From Flavobacteriales bacterium (GTDB lineage: Bacteria; Bacteroidota; Bacteroidia; DT-38), in NCBI GenBank assembly GCA_013214205.1, contig JABSPQ010000435.1:9943-73942 (forward strand): a stretch of DNA of 64,000 nucleotides, read 5' to 3'. Shown here piece after piece: positions 38,729-48,045 of the stretch. A program made the translations under genes and the position numbers. The notes under the pieces were generated by a model. It ran no database searches. It was not told the DNA's origin and saw only the letters and a program-made list of their open reading frames with translations. Each line of letters starts with the position of its first letter. The stretch's first letter is position 1.

Positions 38729-39670
38729 ATGAAAACTGCAAAACATATCATCATTTTTCTACTGCTAGTTTTTATTGGCGATCAAATCATCTCAGCGGTT
38801 ATGACGTCTCTTTACAAAGGACTAATTACAGGGCAATCTGGTGGAAAGACCAATTACCTCCTCAATAATTACAAGCAAGTTTCCATCCTAGCTGTGGGCA
38901 ATTCCCGGTGCGCGCATCACGTTGTAACATCAGAGCTTGGAAACAACAATTACAATCTATCTCACAATGGAATGTCGCTGATTTTCCATGCTGGCCTCAT
39001 CAATCAATTGGTAAACAATGAAAACTTAGCCATCGATACGATTCTCCTTAATTTAGAATTGACTGAACTTTTCTATCCCAAAACTCCTTCCGAACGCGAC
39101 ATTCAGCATCTAAAATATTACTACGACAAAAATGAATGGATTAAATCAAAAATAAACCGCCTCTCCTATTTCGAAAATGTCAAATATTTATTTTCTTCCT
39201 ACAAATGGAATGGAAAAATAATGAGCATCACCAACAACAGAATTAAGAGTAAAGCACACGCGATTCCTGCAGATGGATACGTTAGCAGACCTGCAACAAC
39301 TAGAGACAGTATTAATGTTGTTTCGAGTATTAACGCCACCAAAGGAGCAAACAACAATGCATTAGCTCCAAGTATAAACCTTCATAAACAAAAGCTAATC
39401 GAAGAGCTAAACGAACTTTGCAAATCAAATAACATAACATTACTCTGCTTCATCTCGCCTATACTTAACCCGATCCCTATGGAAGGACGAGATATGACAC
39501 TCCAAAAATATTTTAAAAGCATTCAAGTGCCTCTTTACAATTACTACGATGTGGTGAATAAAAACCAAGAATTGAAATCATATAAAATGTGGTCAGATCA
39601 TGCACATCTAAACCACGAAGGAGCAATAATTTTCACCAAGATTATGAAAAGCGATTTGCAATCAAATTGA
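38729..39670 (+). CDS. Hypothetical exported protein, probably an SGNH/AlgJ/AlgX-like acyl-transfer partner of the MBOAT
   Basis: It has a signal/TM N-terminus. Block-I-like ILAVGNSR and block-V-like WSDHAHLNHEGA (a DxxH variant) are present. It sits immediately downstream of the MBOAT, like algI-algJ, dltB-dltD and patA-patB. Confidence 0.45.
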   Translation: MKTAKHIIIFLLLVFIGDQIISAVMTSLYKGLITGQSGGKTNYLLNNYKQVSILAVGNSRCAHHVVTSELGNNNYNLSHNGMSLIFHAGLINQLVNNENLAIDTILLNLELTELFYPKTPSERDIQHLKYYYDKNEWIKSKINRLSYFENVKYLFSSYKWNGKIMSITNNRIKSKAHAIPADGYVSRPATTRDSINVVSSINATKGANNNALAPSINLHKQKLIEELNELCKSNNITLLCFISPILNPIPMEGRDMTLQKYFKSIQVPLYNYYDVVNKNQELKSYKMWSDHAHLNHEGAIIFTKIMKSDLQSN

Positions 39671-39774
39671 TTCAACATATTTTATCGCGATTCTACTTTT
39701 ATATCAACCGTATCATGTTAAATTTGTTAAGGAGGTCAAAAACAAAGTGAACCGAGGGTCGTAGAAAAACTGAA

Positions 39775-40677
39775 ATGAGGAAAAAAATATACATAGCAGG
39801 TTGTGGTGGAATGTTGGGAGATGCGTTTCACAAGCAGTTTAACGACGATTTCGAAATTAAATGTACCGACATCGACCTCAATGCCGAATGGCTGTCCTAC
39901 ATGGATTTTAGAGATTACGAGGCGTATTTTAAAGACGTTCAACAATTTCAACCTGATTACTTGTTCCATTTAGGCGCGCACACCGATTTAGAATATTGCG
40001 AACTCAATTCCGACGACGCTTACTCTACTAACACTATAGCGGTTGAAAATGCTGTAAACATTTCCAACAAACTCGACATCCGTTTACTTTACATTTCTAC
40101 CGCCGGAATTTTCGACGGCGGTAAGGATCTTTACGACGATTGGGATACACCTAACCCACTTGGAGTTTACGCCCGTTCCAAGTATATGGGCGAAAGATAT
40201 GTGATTGAAAATGCCAGCAGATACTTAATTTGCAGAGCTGGTTGGATGATGGGCGGCGGTGCTAAAAAAGACAAAAAATTCATTCAGAAGTTAATGCAAC
40301 AACTTAAGGATGGAGCACAAGAATTGTATGTTGTTAACGATAAAAATGGGACACCAACTTACACGCACGACTTCGCGAATAATGTAAAAACCTTACTTCA
40401 AAAGGAATACTGGGGATTGTACAACATGGTTTGCGCCGGCGAAACTAGCCGGTTAGAAGTTGCAACTGAATTACTCAATATTCTCAATCTGCAAGACAAG
40501 ATTAAATTGAACGAAGTAAGTTCTGATTATTTTAAGAAAGATTACTTTGCTATAAGGCCAGGAAGCGAAACGTTGAACAACAAGAAGCTCCAACTAAGAA
40601 AAGTTGATACCATGCGCGATTGGAAAGTTACTTTGAAGGAATACCTGGAAAACGATTATAAAAACTTTTCAAGCTAA
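39775..40677 (+). CDS. RmlD-like (dTDP-4-dehydrorhamnose reductase family) NAD(P)-dependent sugar-nucleotide reductase
   Basis: The glycine-rich N-terminus is KIYIAGCGGMLG. The catalytic Y-x3-K is in PLGVYARSKYMGE. Confidence 0.65.
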   Translation: MRKKIYIAGCGGMLGDAFHKQFNDDFEIKCTDIDLNAEWLSYMDFRDYEAYFKDVQQFQPDYLFHLGAHTDLEYCELNSDDAYSTNTIAVENAVNISNKLDIRLLYISTAGIFDGGKDLYDDWDTPNPLGVYARSKYMGERYVIENASRYLICRAGWMMGGGAKKDKKFIQKLMQQLKDGAQELYVVNDKNGTPTYTHDFANNVKTLLQKEYWGLYNMVCAGETSRLEVATELLNILNLQDKIKLNEVSSDYFKKDYFAIRPGSETLNNKKLQLRKVDTMRDWKVTLKEYLENDYKNFSS

Positions 40678-40678
40678 A

Positions 40679-41608
40679 TTGAAGCATAAAATAGCCATTT
40701 ACTCTTTCTTCTTTGGCGCTTGGCCCGACTGGATTGAAGTCTATTTCGAAAGTTTAAAAAACAACCCTACAATAGATTTTTACATTTTAACCGACTGCGA
40801 TACGACGCTAGTAGAGGCCGATAACATCATTTTTAAGAAGATCGTTTTTGAAGAATATTTAGCTGAGTGTGGCGAAAAACTAGGCTTGAATTTGAGTGCA
40901 GAAACGCCCGTTAAACTGTGTGATCTGCGTCCTGCGTTAGGTTTTATTCACCAAGACTTATTTGCTGATTATCAGTTTTATGGCTGGACAGATTTAGATT
41001 TGCTTTTTGGCGACATCCGTAGTTTTTATACAGATGAATTGTTAGATAAGTACGACGTTCTATCTACTCATGAACCCCGAATTGCTGGGCATTTATCACT
41101 ATTTAAAAACAACGACAGGAACAGAACCATGTTCCACAACATCTATCGTTGGGAAGAGAAATTTCAAAATCCCAAATTTGTTGGTGTAGACGAAACGTGT
41201 TTTACAAACGCGTACACCATGACAATTCCCGACAAGTTCAACGAGAAATTCAACACCAATTTTGACAACGGTTTCTTCCGTTTTCTGAAAAAACAGCGGA
41301 AGAAAAAAATGTACATGAAGGAGCAGTACACCACTCCTTTCCTTCCTGTGCCTTGGATAGACGGTTCGCTCAACAGCGATCAGCCCGATGAATGGTACTA
41401 CAAAAACGGCCACGTTACCAACAACCGAGATGGCGATAGAAAGTTTATCTACATTCATTTTATGAACTTTAAATCGAGTTATTGGCGCCACGATGGAACC
41501 AAGGCACCTTGGGAAGGCAAAACAAAAATTTGCTATGCTACCGTAGATCAAGTTAAAGATGGAATAGTAATTAATGCCGACGGAATCTCTCCAATCAACA
41601 AAGATTAG
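40679..41608 (+). CDS. Conserved hypothetical protein, possibly a GT-A-like nucleotide-sugar transferase
   Basis: It has a TTG start 1 nt after the preceding stop. It contains YSFFFGAWPDW and a DxD-like GWTDLDLLFGD. There is no confident family assignment. Confidence 0.4.
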   Translation: MKHKIAIYSFFFGAWPDWIEVYFESLKNNPTIDFYILTDCDTTLVEADNIIFKKIVFEEYLAECGEKLGLNLSAETPVKLCDLRPALGFIHQDLFADYQFYGWTDLDLLFGDIRSFYTDELLDKYDVLSTHEPRIAGHLSLFKNNDRNRTMFHNIYRWEEKFQNPKFVGVDETCFTNAYTMTIPDKFNEKFNTNFDNGFFRFLKKQRKKKMYMKEQYTTPFLPVPWIDGSLNSDQPDEWYYKNGHVTNNRDGDRKFIYIHFMNFKSSYWRHDGTKAPWEGKTKICYATVDQVKDGIVINADGISPINKD

Positions 41609-42607
41609 ATGAAATTTAGCGACATCAATTTTCAGAATTTGACACTTCCACGGGGAAGACGAGCTACGGAAAACGCTGTGTTTACTGCTGCAGATTACAA
41701 TAGAGAAACTCACATTAAATGTGGAAATGCTTCTTTAAACGAAAAACTAGGTGCTTATTATATTGATTTAACTCCATCTATAGTCGACTATTTTAACAAT
41801 GAGTATGGAGAGTTCGATGATGAAGGTGTACCTACTGTTGGCTGGGGAGATCAAGAATATTACGACCCTATTAACATTGCGCAATATGGTTTAATCCTTC
41901 ATGACCTTTGGCTCAAGTATCAAAATCAAGATTTTATGGACGTTATGCAAGCTGTGCTTGCGTGGTTTGAAAACAACAAAACAAGTTTTAAAAACTCTAC
42001 CGTTTGGCCCGAACAGCAAAGTTGTGAAAAATATGGTTTGGCGGCCGGCTTTACATCGGCCATGACTCAAGGTGAAGTTATTTCGTTCTATTTAAGAATG
42101 TATCAAATAACCAACAATCAAGCTTTACTTGATACCGCCTTAAGTGCGTATGATTTTTTAAAAATTGAATATAAAGATGGCGGAACTAGACGATACGACG
42201 AAAATGGTTACCTGTGGTTAGAAGAGTACCCTTCCGTTTCACCTTCCTATGTTTTAAACGGATTTATTTATGCCCTCTTTGGCCTCTACGACCTTGCAAG
42301 AGTTTCTAAAAACGAGGAGGTAAAATCAGATGTTGAAAATTCTATTGAATCACTTAAAAACAACATTAGCAAATACGACGTGGGATATTGGTCTGTTTAC
42401 GATAGGCAAAAGCAAGAACTGGTAAAAGTATATTATCAAAAAAATGTTCACATTCCCCAGATGGAAGCACTGTATCAGCTAACGAATCTGGACGTTTTTA
42501 AACACTATAAAAACAAATGGGAAAAAAACCTCAACCCAATCAACATACTATTTGTTAATTTGATGTACAGAATTAGACCACGAATTAGAAAATTATTAGC
42601 CAATTGA
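41609..42607 (+). CDS. D-glucuronyl C5-epimerase family protein (heparosan-N-sulfate-glucuronate 5-epimerase C-terminal domain homologue)
   Basis: LEEYPSVSPSYVLNGFIYALFGLYDL matches the animal GLCE block [25 protein letters not shown]. The upstream GFTSAMTQGEVISFYLRMYQ matches WVSAMGQGQAISTLVRAYL. Confidence 0.8.
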   Translation: MKFSDINFQNLTLPRGRRATENAVFTAADYNRETHIKCGNASLNEKLGAYYIDLTPSIVDYFNNEYGEFDDEGVPTVGWGDQEYYDPINIAQYGLILHDLWLKYQNQDFMDVMQAVLAWFENNKTSFKNSTVWPEQQSCEKYGLAAGFTSAMTQGEVISFYLRMYQITNNQALLDTALSAYDFLKIEYKDGGTRRYDENGYLWLEEYPSVSPSYVLNGFIYALFGLYDLARVSKNEEVKSDVENSIESLKNNISKYDVGYWSVYDRQKQELVKVYYQKNVHIPQMEALYQLTNLDVFKHYKNKWEKNLNPINILFVNLMYRIRPRIRKLLAN

Positions 42608-43749
42608 TGACGGAAAAAATCAGAGTATTATATACCATTACTGATTTGGGGAAAGGAGGTGCGGAAAGGGCTATAACTGATTTATGTGCCGAATTTCAAA
42701 AACGCGATGACATCGAATTCATTATTGGTTCTTTGGGACCCGACAATGCTTACGAAAGCACATCGGAGGCTATGAACGTTCGTTTTCTGGAGTACGAACC
42801 CAATTCTTTATTTAAAAAACCTTACACTCGAATTTACCACGAAATTATTGACGAGTTCAAACCCCACATTATCCATTCAAACAGGTTTTTGGGCGAATTT
42901 ATAACGGTACAGCGAGTAGATCCAGGAATCGTATTTGTTACACACGGCCACGACAATATGATTCAGTTGCAAAACTTTTCTATGGCTACCCTATTTAGCA
43001 AACAACTACTGCTGAATTACATAGAAAAATGGCAATTAGTTACAAAAAAATACAACCGATCTGCAACTCACTTTGTGGCGAATTCGGAGCACACCTACGC
43101 CTATTACAAAGAAGTTTTACCGCCCAAAACAGCTAAAAAAGTAAGACTCTTGGAATACGGATTCAACTTCGACAAATTCTACAATCCCAATCCCAAATCG
43201 ATTCAGGCCAATCAAAAAATCAGAATAATCAATATCGGGAGTTTTGCAGAAAAGAAGAATCAAACGTTCATTGTAGACATCGCTAAAGAATTGTTAAAAC
43301 TGAATGTCAATTTTGAAATCACATTATTGGGAGACGGCGAACTAAGACCCCAAGTTCAGCAAAAAGTAAAAGATTACTATCTCGAAGACTACATTAAGTT
43401 TCCGGGGATTGTAGACAATGTAGAGGAATGGCTCTGGGAAAGTGACATATACCTGCATTCCGCGTGGTACGAACCATTTGGCTTGGTATTTTTAGAAGCA
43501 ATGGCAGCTGGTTTACCCATTGTAACGCTAAACGGATTAGGGAACAAAGGTCTAGTAGTAGATTTTGTAAATGGCTTTTTTATCGATCAACAAGACGCCA
43601 AGTTGTTTGCCACAAGAATTCGAGAAATTGTAATTAGAAAAGGCTTGTATAAAGAGTTCTCGGAGAATGGGAAAGAGAAAAGTGCCAAATACGACATTAA
43701 AACCAAAGCATTAGAATACATCGATTTTTACAAAGAAATAATTCGCTAA
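42604..43749 (+). CDS. Glycosyltransferase family 4 (GT-B)
   Basis: The N-terminus is IRVLYTITDLGKGGAERAITDL. The C-terminal motif is EPFGLVFLEAMAAGLPIVT. Confidence 0.82.
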   Translation: MMTEKIRVLYTITDLGKGGAERAITDLCAEFQKRDDIEFIIGSLGPDNAYESTSEAMNVRFLEYEPNSLFKKPYTRIYHEIIDEFKPHIIHSNRFLGEFITVQRVDPGIVFVTHGHDNMIQLQNFSMATLFSKQLLLNYIEKWQLVTKKYNRSATHFVANSEHTYAYYKEVLPPKTAKKVRLLEYGFNFDKFYNPNPKSIQANQKIRIINIGSFAEKKNQTFIVDIAKELLKLNVNFEITLLGDGELRPQVQQKVKDYYLEDYIKFPGIVDNVEEWLWESDIYLHSAWYEPFGLVFLEAMAAGLPIVTLNGLGNKGLVVDFVNGFFIDQQDAKLFATRIREIVIRKGLYKEFSENGKEKSAKYDIKTKALEYIDFYKEIIR

Positions 43750-44975
43750 CTCGCCTTAAGGTACTTTACCAACTCAGCAAAGTTATTGTCTGCATTATAT
43801 TGCTCATTCCAAGTAGCGTAAGCAGATTTGCTTTTCTTTCCGCCATCAGCTATTACTTCTTTAATTTTATCAGCCACTTCTTTAGGCGAAGGATCAGCAG
43901 GTATTAAGTAACCATTAGTATCATTCACAATTTCGGAAGTACCACCAACCTTAGTAGCAATACACGGAATTCCGAAACTCATAGCTTCCATTATCGAAAC
44001 AGGAATTCCTTCTGTTGTACTCACATTGATAAAAATATCGGGTTGCTCGGAAGAATAAAGATCAAACACCTCCGCGTTGCCTATCTTGCCTTTAAAGTTG
44101 AATCGAATCTTTCCATTCTGTAAAAGGTTAGCAGCTAACTCCTCCATATCCTCTTTTAAAGGTCCTATTCCAACATGGGTCCATTCAATTTCGATATCGT
44201 CAATTAAGCATAAGGCTCTAATAATTAAATCAACTCTCTTTAAAGGAATAACATTTGAACAACTCATCATCTTAACCACGCCTTTGCGGACCCTCTCCTT
44301 AAAAGGGAGCTGGTTTTTTATTCCCAATTTGGCTAAACGAATGTTAGCTTCCGACACATTACCCCAATCACTTTCCATATACGTTTTACCATATTCTGAT
44401 ATGGCAAAAAGAGCAGTAAGATTATTCGCTAAGAAACTTCTGCATGGCAAATATTTAAGCGCTGTAGCTTCATGATATATATCTGAACCATGACCTTTTG
44501 CAAAGCAAATTGCCTCGGGATTTTCTTTATGAAACATTGCAGTTCCCAAAGCCATATCGTTGCACCAGTAGCTATATATGTGTACATCGTTATCTTTTTT
44601 GTACAAATCGTATAACATTTTAATATGCGAGGCAAACTTCTTAGAATTGTACAATGAAATCAGCAAAGTTTTAATCATGCCAATCGAAATTGTAAGCCTT
44701 TTATTCTTTTTAATATTAGACAGTTCATCCCAAAACAAGGGAGTAAAAACCTGCATGAGCGCAAATATTTTTTCGAATTGTCCTAACTGGTAAGGGAAAT
44801 AGATCTCTTTCGTATTTTCAGGAACTTCCTTATCAGGTATGGGCTTAGAATTATTGTGAACGATTATAAATTGCTGATAAACATCCGACAGGTACGTTAA
44901 TTCTGTGCGCAGAAATTCATCTCCAGAGTAACTGTAAGGAGAATCGGATACTACTAAAAACAGGAGTTTTTCCAT
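43746..44975 (-). CDS. Glycosyltransferase family 4 (GT-B)
   Basis: The C-terminal region TEGIPVSIMEAMSFGIPCIATKVGGTSEIV is present. It converges on the previous gene with a 4-nt overlap. Confidence 0.8.
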   Translation of the reverse strand: MEKLLFLVVSDSPYSYSGDEFLRTELTYLSDVYQQFIIVHNNSKPIPDKEVPENTKEIYFPYQLGQFEKIFALMQVFTPLFWDELSNIKKNKRLTISIGMIKTLLISLYNSKKFASHIKMLYDLYKKDNDVHIYSYWCNDMALGTAMFHKENPEAICFAKGHGSDIYHEATALKYLPCRSFLANNLTALFAISEYGKTYMESDWGNVSEANIRLAKLGIKNQLPFKERVRKGVVKMMSCSNVIPLKRVDLIIRALCLIDDIEIEWTHVGIGPLKEDMEELAANLLQNGKIRFNFKGKIGNAEVFDLYSSEQPDIFINVSTTEGIPVSIMEAMSFGIPCIATKVGGTSEIVNDTNGYLIPADPSPKEVADKIKEVIADGGKKSKSAYATWNEQYNADNNFAELVKYLKAS

Positions 44976-45020
44976 TCTGTTTTTTAATCTTGCTTCAATT
45001 TATATTCAACTTCTAAAAAA

Positions 45021-46715
45021 CTAATCCTTTCTCTTCATTTCATTTTCCACTAAGTTCAAATATTCAGTTCCATTTAAACTAAAAAACACTTCTGAAAATC
45101 CTTTTTTCTTAAATAGCTTATAACTGTGATAGGCGTTGATTTCCTTACAATTGCTAACATAGTCTTCCACTTTCATTGCGGTTCTAAACTTCATTAACGC
45201 CTCGCATTTCTTATCGAACTCATTATCAATTTCGCAAAATACATTAGTCGGCACACAGCTCCAAACCTCATAGCTCAAAATGGTTATATCATCCAAGATT
45301 AAACTTGAACGTTTAAGCGCCTCAACTAAAATTAAATTGGCAGAAACATGCGCATGATGCGGATCGTTGATAAATGGAACAAATATCAATTTGGGTTTAT
45401 TGCGTTCTAATACTTCTAAAAACTTCTCAGCATGACTGTCTTCGTATTTGTATCCAATAGCACTAGCTTTCAATAAAACCTGTTCTGTTAACTGTAAAAC
45501 CTCCGCAATGTCATCCGCTTCCTTTAACCTAATAGTACTGCCTATTTCTGGCGGTGCATCCACCAACGACAAAGTATCGTTTCCATCAGTCATCTGAATC
45601 ACCGTTACCTTTGCATCACTGGCTAGTAGCTTTATCATTGCTCCACCGCATCCAATTGTTTCATCATCTGGATGTGGCGATAAAACCACAGCATTTTCTC
45701 CGGCATATGCCGATGGATCAAAATTCTTAATTTCTTGATTAGCGTATTCAGGGTGATCTGAAATCCAATTATCGCGAGAAGACAATAACTCTTTGTGTTT
45801 CGATTCAAAACTATTCAAATGACTTTCTATGTTTTCGAAGATATGTCGCTTGCCTATTTCTACCGATTGAATTCTTTTCTTACCCAATACAATGTAATTG
45901 CACCCCATGGTAGAAACGAATGGAATCATTTTTCTTTCGGCTAAAAAATTTAATCCCTCATCAATTTTCAAAGTTAACCAGCCCGATTTGCCTAAAGGAA
46001 AAAATGGACCGTAACCATGAGACACATCTTTTTCAATCGAAAAATCAAGTCTCGTCAGCATTGTCTTTACTGTGGTAGATCGGTATAATGTTCTTTTAAA
46101 TTCTCCATTAGCCAAATGCTTGGCATTTCCTTTAAGTTTAAACACCCTATTTAGAACCTGCTTTATAATTGGCAGTAAATCTTTAGGACTAAAAAAGTGA
46201 TGAAACCTGAACTTAGTTGGTACAGTAACAATTAAATGTCCGCCAGGCTTAAGCACCCTATGCATCTCTTGAACAGCCCATCGATCCCAATCCAAATATT
46301 CGATAAGTCCCATAGCAACAACCAAATCGAAAGAATTATCCGCATGATCGATGCCATCAACATTTCCTATTTCAAACGTCCCATTATCGGCTAATCCAAG
46401 TTTAGCACAATTTTTCCGAGCTAAATCAACCATGTTTTCCGACACGTCTATGGCAACTACCTTATGCCCTCGCTTCAACAGCTCAACCGAAGTTAAACCT
46501 GCACCACAACCAATATCCAGTGCCCTAGCTCCCTTCTCCAAATTCAAAGAGTCTACATATTTAAAAACGTGATTTTTGCGCTGCTGGATAATTATCGAAG
46601 GCAAATCCTTTACAGAGTAAATAGAATCCCATTCCCGGGTGCGATTATTAAAGTATTCTTTTACTTTTTCTTCTTGCGAGTCGGCTGTTCCCAATTCTGA
46701 CATAAATGGCTTCAA
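45021..46715 (-). CDS. Fusion protein of an N-terminal class I SAM methyltransferase and a C-terminal PIG-L/LmbE-family N-acetylhexosaminyl deacetylase
   Basis: The methyltransferase motif I is ALDIGCGAGLTSVEL. The PIG-L motif is AVVLSPHPDDETIGCGG...FINDPHHAHV. Confidence 0.75.
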   Translation of the reverse strand: MKPFMSELGTADSQEEKVKEYFNNRTREWDSIYSVKDLPSIIIQQRKNHVFKYVDSLNLEKGARALDIGCGAGLTSVELLKRGHKVVAIDVSENMVDLARKNCAKLGLADNGTFEIGNVDGIDHADNSFDLVVAMGLIEYLDWDRWAVQEMHRVLKPGGHLIVTVPTKFRFHHFFSPKDLLPIIKQVLNRVFKLKGNAKHLANGEFKRTLYRSTTVKTMLTRLDFSIEKDVSHGYGPFFPLGKSGWLTLKIDEGLNFLAERKMIPFVSTMGCNYIVLGKKRIQSVEIGKRHIFENIESHLNSFESKHKELLSSRDNWISDHPEYANQEIKNFDPSAYAGENAVVLSPHPDDETIGCGGAMIKLLASDAKVTVIQMTDGNDTLSLVDAPPEIGSTIRLKEADDIAEVLQLTEQVLLKASAIGYKYEDSHAEKFLEVLERNKPKLIFVPFINDPHHAHVSANLILVEALKRSSLILDDITILSYEVWSCVPTNVFCEIDNEFDKKCEALMKFRTAMKVEDYVSNCKEINAYHSYKLFKKKGFSEVFFSLNGTEYLNLVENEMKRKD

Positions 46716-46760
46716 TAAATTTAAAATTCAAATTACTAATTAATCTAATATTGGAGCCGT

Positions 46761-47861
46761 TTACAATCGTGTTTTCACAGGCGAAAATTTTGATTTTATT
46801 TTTAAAAAATATTTTTCAAAATAGTTATATGAGAAAATAGAGATCACAATCGTTATTGCCAAAGAAATTAAGGACACTAAGATATTCACCAATGGATCGT
46901 TGAAATAGTCAGCATTCAATTTATCGAAAACTATTCTTACAAGTATTATTACCGTTATATGATATAAATACATACCATAAGTGTACTTACCTAGCTTTGA
47001 AAAAAAACTTACTTTTTCACTATTATTTATTACCAAGTTGAAAATAATATTCATATAGCAAATTGGAAGAAATACTACTGATAGAATGAGTAAATCATTA
47101 TTAATTATTGGAATCAATACAAAGAAAACGGTGACTATAATGAGTATTGGAAGAGCTTTTGATTTTGCTACTACACTATTTTCAAATTGAACTTTATATT
47201 CAGAAAATAGCAATGCACCAATGCATCCACTCATCAAATAAGTAACGTTACCAAACGTATGGTAATTAGATTCTATTGGGTTGTTAATTATAAATAATAC
47301 CGATAGAATAAAAAGAGTAAAACAACCTAGTATTAAAGCTTTTTTATTCTTTAAGAGGAGAAAAACTAATGGCCAAACCAGATAAAATTGTTCTTCAATC
47401 GCAACACTCCATGCTACCCCCACATTGATGGCATGATGAGTGGAGTCGAAATTATTCCAAAACAATAAATTCTTTATTATACTTCCATCGAAAGTAAATG
47501 TGTTTACAAAACTTGGTAATACAAAAATCCCAAGAATCATAACTAAGTAATACAAAGGCCAAATTCTTAGAACACGCCTCAAATAAAAATGCCATAAATT
47601 AAATTTTCCGGAAACTTTTTCCTCCGAAACCATTAAGTGTGTAATGAGGAAACCACTTAAAACAAAAAACAGATGTACACCAATGGGGCCGGTATACATT
47701 ATTTTATCAATTATTGATTGAATAAAATCATCACTTGATATGTTTGAAAAAGATACTGAAAAAGCGTGCATCCAAAAAACCAAGAAAAATGCGAAAAATC
47801 GCAATGTGTCTAGTCTACTGTAATGAATTACCTTTATAATCGGCATAATTATCTCAAACAC
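46761..47861 (-). CDS. Acyltransferase family 3 (AT3) membrane O-acyltransferase, a paralogue of 36183-37316
   Basis: It contains LDTLRFFAFFLVFWMH, RIWPLYYLVM and SVAIEEQFYLVWPLV. Confidence 0.85.
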   Translation of the reverse strand: MFEIIMPIIKVIHYSRLDTLRFFAFFLVFWMHAFSVSFSNISSDDFIQSIIDKIMYTGPIGVHLFFVLSGFLITHLMVSEEKVSGKFNLWHFYLRRVLRIWPLYYLVMILGIFVLPSFVNTFTFDGSIIKNLLFWNNFDSTHHAINVGVAWSVAIEEQFYLVWPLVFLLLKNKKALILGCFTLFILSVLFIINNPIESNYHTFGNVTYLMSGCIGALLFSEYKVQFENSVVAKSKALPILIIVTVFFVLIPIINNDLLILSVVFLPICYMNIIFNLVINNSEKVSFFSKLGKYTYGMYLYHITVIILVRIVFDKLNADYFNDPLVNILVSLISLAITIVISIFSYNYFEKYFLKIKSKFSPVKTRL

Positions 47862-47930
47862 TAAGTTAAACAGTGAACTAGAACTTGCTAAAAAAATTTA
47901 TTCAAAAATACCGTTAAAAAATCGCAACCT

Positions 47931-47938
47931 CCCCCCCC
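47931..47938. repeat. A C8 homopolymeric tract (CCTCCCCCCCC) in the divergent promoter region
   Basis: It lies in the 184-bp intergenic region between the minus-strand AT3 gene and the plus-strand ABC exporter. It is the longest G/C run in this AT-rich window. Confidence 0.6.
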
Positions 47939-48045
47939 ATCAAATAATTTCCCTAATAGAAATAAGAATCCTTCGCTTTTGGCTAACTTGCAAATTAACA
48001 AACAACAAATGCGTTAGGCGACTATTGCGCACGGCAACTTAAAAA

